From contig NMRA01000935.1 in NCBI GenBank assembly GCA_002633005.1, positions 7,969 through 71,968 of the forward strand: 64,000 bases of DNA, given 5' to 3'. Positions 13,601-26,599 of the stretch are shown piece by piece (within the stretch, counting starts at the first letter, position 1; each line of letters starts with the position of its first letter). Position numbers and translations under genes: made by a program. The notes beneath the pieces were generated by a model that saw nothing but the letters and a program-made list of their open reading frames with translations, made no database searches and had not been told where the DNA came from. Origin of the DNA: Phoronis australis (Eukaryota; Animalia; Phoronida).

Positions 13601-15768
13601 TCTCTTACATTTTTCAAGGAAATCTTTTCAATTTCAGCACACGGGTGTAAGTCAACATGCCAATTGAACACCCTACTTTACTAAGCAATATGCCTATCCA
13701 ATCAGAAAAAATAGGTCGGACATTGAGTGGAAACTAAAATTTTGAGCTTGAGACTTCAAAATTACATGACTATTTAGTGAATGCAATAGAGTTTCAATTC
13801 TAAAGCTTCGGGTCATTTGGTGCATCCAACGGGTCATTAGGTGCATTTTATTTTGAAAGTTTGACCAATTTAATTATCTTGTATTCTGAAGTGCTTAAAG
13901 TAAAATATCTGTGATTCTTAGCATTAGCCACACTTTTAATCGAGTTAACAATTATTCCCTCATCGGGGGCTCATTATGCACCGGACGAGGTCATTTAGTA
14001 GAAATATCAAAATATTAACATGTAATTTTTCCTATAACTTTAAAGAATTCCTTTTTATATTTGTAAACGGGTTGCTGTCAGTAACTTCCCATAACAATTC
14101 CAGTAATACGCACGCGCAGAGTCCATTATTGTCACGCCGTGACAATAATCTTTCTAGTTCATCTTATTGTTCTTCCAAACAACTTGGAGGCTTAATAACT
14201 CCAAATTCGTTGCAGGCACGTTCTTTAAATTCAGCATATGATATTTGACAAGACATAAAGTTTGATTCGTTTTATAATCATATTCCATATTGCACCGGAA
14301 GAGGTCGTTTGGTGCAAAGGTCATATACTTTTCAAAATGCTACTCTTTCTTCAGGTATAAAGCTATCTTTTTCAAATTCGGTGCACAGGTATAAGTCCAC
14401 AAGACAAATTAAAAAACTACTTTTCTAAGTAATCGAATCATCCAATCAGATAAAACAGGTCAAAGGTCATTAGGTGCTAACTAAAATTTTGAGCTAGACA
14501 CTTCAAATATACAAGGCTAATTGGTACATCTAATTCATATCGAAATACAAAGGTACCGGTCATTTAGTGCAACCATGGTATCATTATGTGTATTTTTCTT
14601 CTGAAAATTTGTCCTCTTCATTCACCAAGTATTCTGATGTGTCAACCGTTAGACAAATGTGATTCTCGGCATTAAATATACTTTTCACCTAATTTGAAAT
14701 AGTTCTACTAAGATTGCTTGTAATGCACTGGATAGGGTCAATTAGTGAAAAGGTCATCTACTTTTGAATATTACTTTTCCTACATTTTTCAAGGAATTCT
14801 CTTCAATTCCAGCTCATTGGTGCAAACCTACATGCCAAAGAGCTTACCCTTCTTTACTAACCAATAGGGCCATCCAATCAAAGAAATAGGTCAAAGGTCA
14901 TTGAGTGCAAACCAAAATTTTGAGCTAGACATTTCAAATTCAAAAGTCTGATTGGTACGTCTAATTCAATTCGAGATACAAAGTTTCATGTTATTTAGTG
15001 CAACCATGAGGTCATTAGGTGCATTTTTCTTCTGAAATTGTGTCCTTTTAATTCACCAAGCTTTCTGATTTGTCAACCGTTAGACAACTGTGGTCCTCAG
15101 CATTAAACACACTTTTCACGCGCTTTGCAATTATTCTCTTAAAGACGCATATAATGCACAGGATAGGGTAACTTAGTTCAAAGTTCATCTAACGTTCAAA
15201 ATGTTATGTCTCATAAATTTTTCAAGGAATTCTTTTCAAGTTCAGCGCACTGGTGTAAATCAACATGCCAATCGAACGCTCTACATTACTACGCAATAGA
15301 CCTCACCAGTCAAAAAAGGTCATTGAGTGCAAACTAAAATTTTGAGCTAGAGACTTCAAAAGAGCATACATGTATCTGTTGAGTAAATGCGATTGAGTTT
15401 GAATACTAAATTATCAGGTCATTTGGTGCACCCATGGAGTCATTAGGTGCATTTTTCTTTTGAAAGTTTGACCAATTCATTCATGCTGTATTCTGAAGTG
15501 CTTAAAGTAAAACATTTGGGATTCTTAGCATGAACCACACTTTTAGTCGAGTTTACAATTATTCCCTCACCGGGGCTCATAATGCACCGAAAGAGGTCAG
15601 TTAGTGTAAAGTTCATCAAAATATTAACATGTAATTTCTCCTACAATTTTAAAGAATTTCTTTTCATATTGGTAAACGGGTTGTTGTCAGTAACTTCCCA
15701 TAACAATTCCAGAAATAAGCACCCGCAGAGTCCATTATTGTCACGCCGTGACAATAATCTTTCTAGTT
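10170..15768 (+). mobile_element. Helentron/HINE-like family B bodies (one mini, four of ~1.1-1.6 kb)
   Basis: Each starts TTCTTCCGACCAA... and ends GCGCAGAGT + hairpin TTATTGTCAC-GCC-GTGACAATAA (shortened in the mini-body) + TCTTT-CTAG-TT. Ends at 10324, 11818, 12987 (CGAG), 14154 and 15763. Confidence 0.8.
10739..11058 (+). mobile_element. Insertion at TTAA (possibly Kolobok-like) with a short acidic ORF start, cut by an N
   Basis: Interrupts a family B body at TTAA 10735-10738. TTTCCCGCC (10885) and TGACGTCA (10897) precede ATG 10943, which reads MAETREFESDDDYEQELNEYYEETYGNGGQDEEMGLHE up to the N at 11058. Confidence 0.45.
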
Positions 15769-15789
15769 TACTTTTATTATTAACAGTTA

Positions 15790-17762
15790 CAGCCCGCTGA
15801 ACGTCAGGTCCAGCCCCAACATATTCGGGAAAGATGTAAATCGACAACATCAAAATTGTTGCAACAACTGGTGCTACTAAGTACAATGACAACTATGTTA
15901 GTAATAATTTTGAATTTGCTTCTGATTCAGAGCGCTTTACGTGGCATCGATCCGTACTCGGCCAAATTCGGCCGAGTGCCGCTGCTTGTGTAGATGACAG
16001 GATCGTGCATGCGATTAGAGGAAGCTTTATGTTATTCATAAACTACGCGCGTGGTGGCTACAACAAAGGGCAACCAGGGATTCTAGAAAAGCTTAGCCCT
16101 ACGACGTAAGAAAGCTACATGTATGTAGCAGCGAGAGAGCTTCCAAAGTTAGTGTGGCATGAATGCCTTAAACTCGACCAAGAAACCAAACAACAGAAAA
16201 CTGAGATTTGTTATTCTGCCATTTTAGTACGGTAGAAGTGAAGACGTTTTCAAATATTGAATTGAAAGTGATCGTCAAATATGCAAGTACATGTATGTTG
16301 TTCATCCAGTGTCCACTTTGATTGCGGATTGGTGGATTGACATCCATGCGTGTACAAGTGTGAGCGTTTCTGTTCTTTTAAATTCAGTGAGTTCATTACA
16401 GGCAGTCTTCTGTCGTGCTCAAAATCCTGACATTCAGCTACCGTGTTTTCTTGCATTGAGAATACCCCCATCGAGCATATTCAGGTTATGATGGAAAAAT
16501 AGGTCTAGACCTCAACTTCAATCAATGAAAGTCTTCTTTAGTCAATCAATATTAATGGTGCACAACCCTGCAGACTTCATACGAGCTACAAACTTGATGG
16601 AAAATTTTGCCAAGGTTCCATGTCAGTATGACGAAAGTTCAGTACTCCGAAGGTCCAGTACTCCGAATGTCCACTACTCTGAAGGTTGGTTACCTTCTAC
16701 AATTCACAACTTTAAATTTCCACTGTCCCAAAACTCCCGACAGTTCACTACTCACAACTCATATTCTCAAGCAGAGACAACATCTGGGACACGCGTCAAG
16801 GCTGCAGAGACCAACGGCGGTTTCAAATTTAAGAAGACTGAATGGGACTCCCTAACTTCGTGAGAACTGTCAGGGACAGCGTGGTCTACTAACTACATTT
16901 AGTTTCGGCCGTGTGCTTCTTGCTGCGATGAGACCTTGACATAGATTTGATGAATCTGTCATGGTTGATAATTCATCAGTATTCTATTTCATAGCACTTT
17001 AATATGCAAGTGCGTAGTCATTTTAAGACATACGGGCAATTTCTCATGCACAGTGAAATCTGACAACCGTTTCCTAAGTTGTGCTTGTCAGCTGGAGACG
17101 GTGGTCATTATCTACATGAAATTCAAACAAAGTGTTTCAGTGCCCGGGCGTGCGTTGTTTTCGGTATAGGTGCATCTAATAACGAAAACATCGTTTATTT
17201 TACATGTAAAAGGTTTTTAAAAAATCACACCTGAGTTTGAAAGCTTGGATATTATTGGAGCAGTGAATTTCCGGAATAGTGAATCTTTGAAGTAGTGAAC
17301 CTTCGAAATAGTGGACTGTTCCCATTTCCAGCGATGTAAGCATCTTTTAGTAACACGCTAAAATATAACCCGAAAAACAATTTTGTCAATGAAGTCATTC
17401 GCCGACTAAATTTTATATTTCCGTCTGAGTATGCAGTGAGGTGTAATCACGCATTTAAGCGTGGCTGATCTTTGGCAGCAGATAACGCGAAAACGTTTTC
17501 TTTCTGGAACACATTACATCCGAATTTGTGTCCCGTTCTTTACGAGCAACTGTCTCAGCATCCTCTTTCTGATATTACAAATTCCGTCTCATCTCATGAA
17601 CATAGACCTGGGAGTCGTCGTTCATACAAGTTTACTTTCCCCCTAATTGAGCTGCGTCAAAGGCCCTGACGAAAACTCTACAGTGTCGGCGTTTACAAAA
17701 TATCAAAGGTCCACCGTTCCTAAAATTCGAACCACCTCCACTTACTTCTGGCTGCGGGCCTG
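15790..17762 (+). mobile_element. hAT-like non-autonomous element, copy 1 (degenerate left TIR)
   Basis: Colinear with 54977-57128; right TIR CTGGCTGCGGGCCTG. Confidence 0.75.
16614..17323. mobile_element. Foldback-type MITE nested in hAT-like copy 1
   Basis: ~17-bp tandem units (AGTACTCCGAAGGTCC-like) at the left end, inverted units (TTCGAAATAGTGGAC-like) at the right end, ending GTTCCC. Confidence 0.6.
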
Positions 17763-17939
17763 AATAGGAGATATACACTGTATGTATTTGAGTTGAGAGA
17801 GAGAGAGGCGTCCAATAAAAAGTCGCCCCTGCATCGACCAAACATCTGCATGCTACTGCCCCACGGCTGAGAATGTCTGTAAAGGACCTTTTGTTAGATG
17901 CAGAATGATTTCAAAAGGTTACCTGGTGGACAAATCTGA

Positions 17940-18635
17940 CAAAACTCAGATATTTGGTCGTGTGTGGCTGGGCTAACCCACCCCTAGACTTGTCTCGCAG
18001 TGTTTGTTCATGATGCATGGACTTACGGTGAATATTTTGCAATTGGTTTAAAGCGGTTACCTCTTGGGTTGATCTAGTTCAATTTTAACCCTTTTTGATA
18101 ATCCCCTTGCAGGACACTCCACCACTGAAATTGTCTGGCATCTAGCTGTTGTGCCATGTACAGCGATGCTGAACATCGTGCAATTGGTTTCCAACGATTA
18201 CCTAGTGGGTTGACCTAGCTCAACGCAGGTATTTGGGCGTGTCTGGCGGGGCTTACCCACCACTAGATTTGCCTGGGCTCACGGTAAATATTGTGCAACT
18301 AGTTTCATGCGGATACCTTTTGGAATGATATACCTCACTTTTAACCTTGTTTATAACCGTCTGACTGATACTCCCCATCACTGTAATTGTCTGGCAGTGA
18401 TCAATTTTGATACAGTGGATTACGTAGTAGGTATCGAAGGCAACTTGAAGAGGTTACCAGAAAAGTTGGTCTAGCTCAATTTTTAGTGCCATTCTCTTGG
18501 CTCCCCTGACTGCACCCACCAAAGCAAACCTACCAGATGGCCATTTCCAAGCACGGGGATACACATAGACCACTGTGGTACCAAAATAAATTGGTTACCT
18601 TTTCATGCCCAAAAAAGCTCTGGGACCCCGGTCAA
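17940..18635 (+). repeat. Unclassified interspersed repeat family C with internal subrepeats
   Basis: Homologous to 47657-48190 (reverse) and 51455-51787. Internal repeats of GCAATTGGTTT..CGGTTACCTC..GGGTTGATCTAGCTCAA. Confidence 0.7.
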
Positions 18636-18779
18636 CTACGGTTGTGGGCAGTTTATCGAACTCCAAAGTTCAAATTAAAATGTTAACTAAGGTATACAGA
18701 ATGACGTAGGACGACGCTTGTGGATTGGCTCAGGCGATGGGGCAGGCAGACAAAGGATCGATGCATACCTTTCTGCCGA

Positions 18780-19650
18780 CAAACCTTGCTTTAGATGTGG
18801 TGCCCTGATGGCTGTGGTTTTTCCAAGTGTAATCTTCCAATTCTGGCAAGGGTATTTGCAGAAAAAATGTCCGAAACCAAAGACGAAAGTGAATAATACT
18901 AAGTATTGTTCACGCCCAGAACATAAAGTTACCTTTAGTCGTTGTGCAAAGTGACCGCATCGTCCCGTTGAACTGGGTGCACCATTAGACATTGGGAATA
19001 TCAGTTTCGAGTGTCCGGGGAAAATACACCCTAGCTGTAACAAAATACTGCAGTGATATGCCATCGTGATTCAACCAGCAACAGATCAGGATGTTTCAAA
19101 ACAACACATGGACGACATTAGGGTGGTGGATAATGCTCAGCCCATATTTTGCATATCATGTCCGATGCCATTCGCCATGCTTGAAAAGGTCAGCGAAGAA
19201 CTAGACACAAAGAAACGAGAAGTAGTGTTTGTGAAAGTCAAGCGAAGTTACATTGCAACTCCAATTGTCGTAGTTCCAAAGACCAATTGCAAAATATTTT
19301 TGTTATGATTTTAGACAACATTAAAGTTTTTGAACCTCAGCCGTATTCATTACATTCTGTTGAGAACCTTTTCACGTCATAGGCTGGTGCTTGTGTGTTC
19401 AGTGTAACTGACTTGACCAATGACCTCTATCAGCTCAAACAGACACTAAGAACCTGCTTAGTGTCAAAGCACACACGCAGGGCATACATATGGTGTTGGT
19501 ACAGCATTCATGGTATTTCAAGCAATGCTAAATAAAATACTGGCAGGATTAAAATGTGCATGCTGCTTCCGGGACGACAGTTTGACAGGAAAACCTGATG
19601 AAAAACAGCAGTTACAGCTGTTAGGAACAGAGCTGACAAGAATGTTGGGT
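18780..19650 (+). pseudogene. Ty3/Gypsy gag-pol relic (zinc knuckle and RT N-terminus)
   Basis: CFRCG; PMPFAMLEKVSEELD...IATPIVVVPK; FQAMLNKILAGL.CACCFRDD (degenerate YxDD). Many stops. Confidence 0.8.
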
Positions 19651-22129
19651 CACCACCATGTGTTTCAGTGCGACTCTCTAAGGTTACAAAATCAACGCTT
19701 AAAGTCCTTGTCTCACGCGTTGTTAACCCTTATTACATGGTTAGAAGATGTTATAAGGATCCAAGAAGTACCTACCCCATAACTAATACACGATCCGTAC
19801 TCGAAAACAGTTTAAATGAACGCGCCACTCACGATTCGCACCCGAAGAAACACCGCCATTTTGAACTTGCCGCGAACCCGGAAGTACAATTCATTCAGGA
19901 ACCCAGGCCGAGAAAACGCCGTCAGTGCGACTGGAGCAGTGCCTGTACTGTTACCAGCCAGCAAACGGGGATAAAAAAAATCGACAGCGCGCCTTAATTT
20001 TGATAAAATCAAACTACGGACAATTTTATGGAATTTGCTGAAGAAATGTGGCGAATAAATTTTGACAGAAATTATTTTGCCAGACTCGGGACCGCAGCCT
20101 ACCGGACCCGGTGCGGATCGAGACCAGACACTGGCGAACGGTAAATGCATGCGGTTGCAAGCTGTTTTGTCGAAGTAAAATGGTCAAATGATAAATGCTG
20201 CATATATTCAAAGGTAGTTTCAGACACTTGCATGAAATTACGGGCTGGTTAGTCCTGTGTCACACTGCTGGCCACAAACACAAAAAACACGAAAATTGAA
20301 CAAAGTTTCTTTTTTGTAGCAACGTTTGTCAAAATGTATCAACGTTAAATCTTCACAAATTACAAAGTAGCCGATTGAACATGCCTTTCAGTTCAGCAAA
20401 AGTCGACATTGTAGGTGCCGCCAGAAATGAGACGATCGAAGTCCAACGTACGGGAATCGTGAGCACAGATTTATCACTTAATGAGTAACAACTGCGAGGC
20501 TGAAATTTGGTGAACACTGCTAAATCGTGCAGAATAGTAAGTAAAGATATATCTAACTAAATTTTACCGTAATTTGTTGGCGAAAACAATTTACACAAAG
20601 TTTTAAACTCGTAACTCATCTCGCTGTCCTCCAATATGGCCGACGCGATCCAAACAAAGTGACCCAATTTTCGCCACAAAACTTGCAATAACTTTACAGT
20701 GCTTGCCCCGATTTTGATACTTTTTCGATTTTTACTGAGTAGAATGTACTACCTTTCCGATGATAGCAAAGTACTTTTTCAAAACGAGGAAAAAAATAAA
20801 ACCGAAAAAAATTGGTTCGACCCATATTGGTTCCTAGGTTCGACCGGCCTACGTAAGGAACTAAACACCAATGCTATTTTAACATACTAAGTACGCGTAA
20901 CATTCCAAAAAAATCAACGACCACTAACTACAAACTATAAATACACTACATATGCAAACGAATCACGATATATTACTAATAAAACAAAATAATGAAGACT
21001 TTTCGAGCAAGCCATAGCACATTCAGTTACAAGGAAAAAATGGCGGCGTTCAGGACAAGTTCCTGAACTGATGAGCCGGAAATGTGGGTACGGAAATAAC
21101 CGGTAATCATACGCTCAGAGTGAAGGGTCAAATACTGTTAAAAAATCGCTTTTGGCAAGAAAGGCGAAAAGAATATAAAGAAAGGGTGTCGAAAATAAGA
21201 ATTTATGTAGTAAGTATTTTCGGATACTGGAACCACATGGGCAGTTTGCAACAAGGACTTTAAGGTTTTCATCCGACAGCAAGGACAGAGCACTTAAAGG
21301 TGCACCAGTGCATGAAGGTGTCGATCACCCTGAAAAGCTTAATCGGACTTGTAGCGTTTTTCCAAGTCTTTATTCTCGATTCGCACCATTCGACCAAACA
21401 CGCGACTGAAATGAAAGGCCACCAGGAGGCACTGCAACAAAAAGGGTGCAGAAGGGGGGGGGGCAAGCGCATAACTAATATACGTTTCTTCCAGGGGGGA
21501 TAGTCCCATAGCTATGTTCGTGTGCGGCCCTAACCCAATGTCATAATCCAACCACCACAACTACCACCGTCAATGCAGCATTTCAATGAAAGACCTAATA
21601 TCAAACCACACAGAGGTTCTTTTGCACATTTAAAGTAAAGTGGTGTTGCTTAAGAAGATATGAGATTACAGAAATAATTTTGTAATGACGCCGTGGGATC
21701 TTGATTTTATAACCGTGCGTCAATTTAAATTCCGTTCACAAGTGCCAGGTGTAAATTTTCACTTATGAACTTTGCCTTTACATGCACATGATCTTTAAAG
21801 GTTGTGTAATTATTCACAACAGTGCTGCTTTACACCCTGGTGTATTTACGTTTGTATGGCAAATTATACTCTGTACGCACATGTAAATACACATTCGGGT
21901 GTAAATAGACACTCGTGTGTAAACACCGTCAAGTAAACAGGTCCTAACTTGCATGAAGCGTTGGTTATGATCACTGGTTTACTAGACTGTAAAGAGTTTC
22001 CAAATTTGTTTCAAACTTTTACGAGTTGCTGAATGTTACATAGCATTATGTATTGTTTTAAAGAGCTTGAAGGGGAAGGCATTGATAGGCCAACACTGGG
22101 CTTAGCATCCTTTTAATGTTTGATTGCAG

Positions 22130-22936
22130 TATTGTTGGAGTATCCGTAGACCCGTGCCTATAGTCACGTATGCCGTGCATGTGTAATTCTTCGTTCACAA
22201 TTTACATGTTATTGCTGTGACCAGTTGTGGTGGTACGAGCTTCAGTTGTCAGGGGACATAAATAATGTTTTTAAGTCGACGCTGGGGTACACGTGTACTT
22301 GGTAAGACACAATTTGCATTTTGCGAAAGACCGGTGTGCCTACGGTAAAAATACGTACGTCACAAACTAGCGTTATCACGTATGAAAAGGACACCGAGGT
22401 GGGCGAAATAAGGTAATTTATTATGGTAAGATAAAAGTACAAAGAACCTCCCTGTATCGGGGTACGCTGGCAACAGTATGATACTTTAGGCCTACGCTGT
22501 ATTTGTTATAAAAGCCCTGTTAAGCAGAGAACGTGCGACTGGAGAAGTTAGTCACTAACCGTACATGATGTGGTCCTCTGCTGTCCTAACTTTCATTGCG
22601 CTGTCCGTCTCCTTATCACTGCCGCACATGCAAGGTCTGGGGCAGCGTGAGATCGTGAGCCCACGTTTGGCGAGATCTAGGTAAGACAGGTGATCAAGAC
22701 ACACTCGAATAACTTAGGGCAATCCTTTCACTCAGTCGAAATGTGTTTTGGCGACGGAAGATGAGAGATCGACACGCTTCCTAGTTGAAGTAGTTAATTT
22801 TTTACAAGTTGTGTTTGTCAATAAAGAGACTCTGCAGTCCGTTGAAGTGAATCCCATTTTATTTGTGGTCCCCGATCACCATCCAATGTTATTCGGAATC
22901 GGGTACACGGTTGATTTGTTTGCACCGTGGAGGTCC
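22130..22936 (+). mobile_element. Possible LTR followed by a tRNA-Gln-like PBS
   Basis: TATAAAA ~22508, AATAAA ~22820, ...TTGCA then TGGAGGTCC at 22928. Left boundary uncertain; no second copy in the window. Confidence 0.3.
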
Positions 22937-24719
22937 TGAGTAAAAAAGTGTTATCATTTGCCTTGCGTCCGAAACTTATTTACATGTACATTTGTTTATT
23001 TTCAATACGACGTGGGGCCTGTAATACGCGTTTAGGTTCGTCATGAGCGGTAGGCAACGCACTAGCCACGAATGGTTTGAGGTAAAATTACGATGATGTA
23101 ATTTGAAAAGAATGCATCATTCTCTCAATCTCCGTCTCACCCGCTCCACTACAGGTTTTCATTGTGCTTGTTTCGGCCCCGCCTTCTTCCCAGGTAGTGC
23201 ATCCGCCCCCCACTTAAATTTGAGGTGTTTTATTTTTTCTTGCGGGCCATTTTTTCGCGGAAGCGGAGGGACGGTGGCCAGTTTTGTAGTGACATTGTTG
23301 ACGTCAGTCCGTCGGCTTTATTTCACTCCCTCCGGTTTCCGCCGTCAAACTTAATCGAAGTCATAAAAAACTAAATTTTTCCGTGAGTAAACTTAAAATT
23401 TACCGATGTTGAAAAAATTGGCGTTTTATCGTTATTTTGCTGCTAAATTAGAGTGGGCTGTTTTGAGTTAGCTTTCGGCGCCATTGCGTCACCCAATGGC
23501 CAATTTCCTCAATCTATTCTTCAATCAACTATTCTTCTCTTCCACGAGGTTGCCTACATGTCATAACAATGGGAACTGGTTTCATTTCATTACAAGTTTT
23601 TAGTATTTTAATACCAGCACACCCAATTTGCTGCGAAGCTGTCATCATCCATCTCGAGAGATATCGCAAAAGTTCAGTTGGAAATGGCGCACCTGTGCGT
23701 ATCACGAGCGCGCTGTTTTCAAAACGACAGATTTTTCTCTGTTACAAAAGGCGGAGAATTACGTAGAAATTAGATTTTTAGATTTGTTCACTCAAACGGC
23801 TGTAACGGGCAAGGTTGATTCCTAGATCCTGCATGCACCTTCACCGGTCGTTAGCTCTGTACATAATGACTAGACATAAGTTTCACGACGAGGTGACGAG
23901 ATGAGCTACCCAGATTGTGCGGCGTTTTGATGTCTAACGGAGCTCAACAAACAGCTACCTAACTGTAACTTGGCGATAGTCTTCATACAGCAATACCTGG
24001 CTTTCTATCTTAGTATATACATTTATGTGACATTGGTAAATACATTATATAATTTGTGTACAATGCTATTATTTTTAAATGCTTCCTTACTGAGTTTTCA
24101 CTTTAAAGAATAGCAGATTATTGTACATTATGTTATGGCAAGGTCAAATGTTCTGGAAAGAAGAACTATTTTGACTGCCTGGGGAAAGACCGGAAGCCGC
24201 ACACCCAACCTAAATCTGAGAGAAATTCTGATTGAAGCTTTAAAATAAAACGGTCTCTTCAAGAATTATCCGTCTCTTGCGATGAACACTAAATTCTGAC
24301 TTGAAGGTGTAGTATTTCTCTTCGGCATTCCCTTATACTAGTCGCCACCCGTGCAGAAGCACGGTTGGCTGCTAGTTAACTTATAAACATCTCCAGTCCA
24401 TTGTGACCAGCAATGGCGAACCAGTGCTTTTCGATCTCTAGCTGTAGTGTTCTGAACATTTCAAGATATTGGTGAATTTTTGCAATAACAGGACCCACGG
24501 TGTTGTAGGTTTAAAGCACTCCATAGTGTGCATGCTGGCTTCTACAGAACTTAAACTTATATCATGCAACATTAACAAAGATGTATAAACTAATTAAAAA
24601 TCCGAGACTGTTCGGACGCGTTCGAGCCAACTGTAGGAAACTGGTATTAAATCCGTGCTTTCAGTCAAAACAGTTTTAATTTAATCCACTTGCAATTATA
24701 AAAGTGGTGTGAAATTCTT

Positions 24720-25090
24720 TCTTACAAAGATGACTGTGCAATTTCCCTCTGCAGTTAAATATGTCTTCCGCCTTGTTTGGAGATCCAGCTTAGATTAGAA
24801 GGTGTAAATTTAAGTTTTGCTTAGCGACATTTCATTTATATAGACAAAGACTACAAAAGTCATTTTTACGTGAGGTATGTGATTACTACAGCATGGAAAA
24901 AATATTTACAATGATAAATTGGATCTTGAGAGATTCCAGGCAAGGTGGTCTTTTTTGCCTAACTAGCTTTTATAGGGTCCGATAATGTTCGTAATTTGTT
25001 TTGATGTACACTAACTAGGTTTCATATTGTTGCACATCTACATGTATGTACTGGTTGGTTGAATTAATAAACGTTTCATCGTGAAAAAAG
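24720..25090 (+). mobile_element. 5'-truncated 3' end of the Tx1/L1 family found at 35.9-38.6 kb
   Basis: Reverse-complement match to 35885-36250; ends AATAAA...AAAAAA. Confidence 0.85.
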
Positions 25091-25631
25091 ATGACTGGGA
25101 TGATTTTCTGGCAATAAACGATCTGACATCTCAAAGCAAGCTCATAAATTTTCCGATCACGCCGTGACCTGAAATTTTATTAGCTTCTCATGATGTGATA
25201 TAGAACAGTCGGTTCTTTCCAAGTCCAGGGGTCAGTTCTAAGCTGAGCAAGTAACAGGGCATAACCAGTTTTGTAACGGTAAGTTGCCTAAATAAGGTCT
25301 CGTTTTTGATAGAAACCGCGGGCTAAATGCCGCTTTAAGTACTCGTCAGTGAGCAGGTAAAGAATTAATCAAAATAAAAGTAAAATAATTCACAGATTAA
25401 TCCCATTAAACGATTAAATCACAATCAAGGTCCTTGTTCGGCGGCCACTTCTGGTAAAACTATAATGCTGAAAAAACTATAAAGACTGGGTTAATTTAAA
25501 GTAATCAAGCATATTTTTGCACAAGAACCGACACAACTCAAAAATAATGAGAACGTTTTCTCCTGAAATATGATACTTACAAAAAGAAATCGATAAATAA
25601 CTTGTACCTTGTACCTTTCTTCTAGGCAATG

Positions 25632-25950
25632 TCAATCCACTCCTGTTTGTACCCTTATCTCTGGGTGTAGAATCCTGTCCAGTAATTTTATTCCAAGCAT
25701 TTTTCTCTCCATTGCTGTCTGTGTTGGTCTTAGCTTAGCAATGGCCTGTTTTGTTAAGGTCCATGTTTGGCATCCATAGGCGATTGTGTGGATGATGCAC
25801 TGGTCAAATACTTTTCTTTTCAGCGATATGGGTATGATCTTATCTTGGAATATTTCTCTGTTTTTCCAAAACAACTCCGTCCAGCTGTTATTCGGATTTG
25901 TATTTCATTGGTCATACGGTTCCCCATTTATATAGTTTGTCCAGTTATTT
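25632..25950 (-). pseudogene. RTE-clade LINE, RT C-terminal fragment
   Basis: LKRKVFDQCI..TIAYGCQTWTLTK...LRPTQTAMERKMLGIKLLDRI...EIR. Confidence 0.85.
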
Positions 25951-26599
25951 GAAATAGATAAAGCAATGCTAGGTACAGTGTTCAATTTGTAAACATTATA
26001 AACAAATGGTAGTGCTCGGGGTACGTACTTTACATGTACGTAATTGCGTACACTCAATCAATATCATTTTACTAAGTTGCAAATGTCTCAAGTGTTGTGC
26101 TGTCACTACTTGTTGGTTTGCTGTAAGTTGTTTTGAGAGATAGAGCACCTGCCTTTGTAAACTCTGTTGTCACACGACTTGTACGTCTTCTAGGATGTTA
26201 CTGGCTAAGTCCTGTGTGGCATTCTATTGCCCACAAATTCGATAATAGCCATTGTTTTATGTCTGATTGGATGCATTTAAGTTTTACCGGCATGATTAAT
26301 GAAAACAGCATTATGTATAAGCACCTGTAGGCAGTATTTTATTGCACAGAGGTTGAAGGAACGTACACTACACAGGAATACGTACACCACGTTTCAATGA
26401 CATGTAAGACTTATAATTAAATACTTAGAATCTACTGAGAGTTAGTTCATTCATCAAATGTATTCAATGTGCATATCTGTTATTCTTTAAAATCAGACAC
26501 TTGTTGAAACACAACACAAATACTAATATTTCACTCAAAACAAAAGTATTTTAATCAACACCATTAAACCTAACATTTTTAAAGGAGGAAACTGACTAC

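Noticed and set aside
4425-15892. Recurring similar short ORFs in the array (e.g. MHRKRS...SPLLSRRDNN)
   Set aside because: They are by-products of repeated non-coding DNA; frames are not conserved between copies.
19660-20850. Probable DNA-transposon-derived segment
   Set aside because: No matching second TIR, TSD or coding motif found, so it cannot be classified.
21035-21480. Possible LINE ORF1/PHD relic after AAAATGGCGGC
   Set aside because: Too decayed; Cys spacing cannot be recovered.
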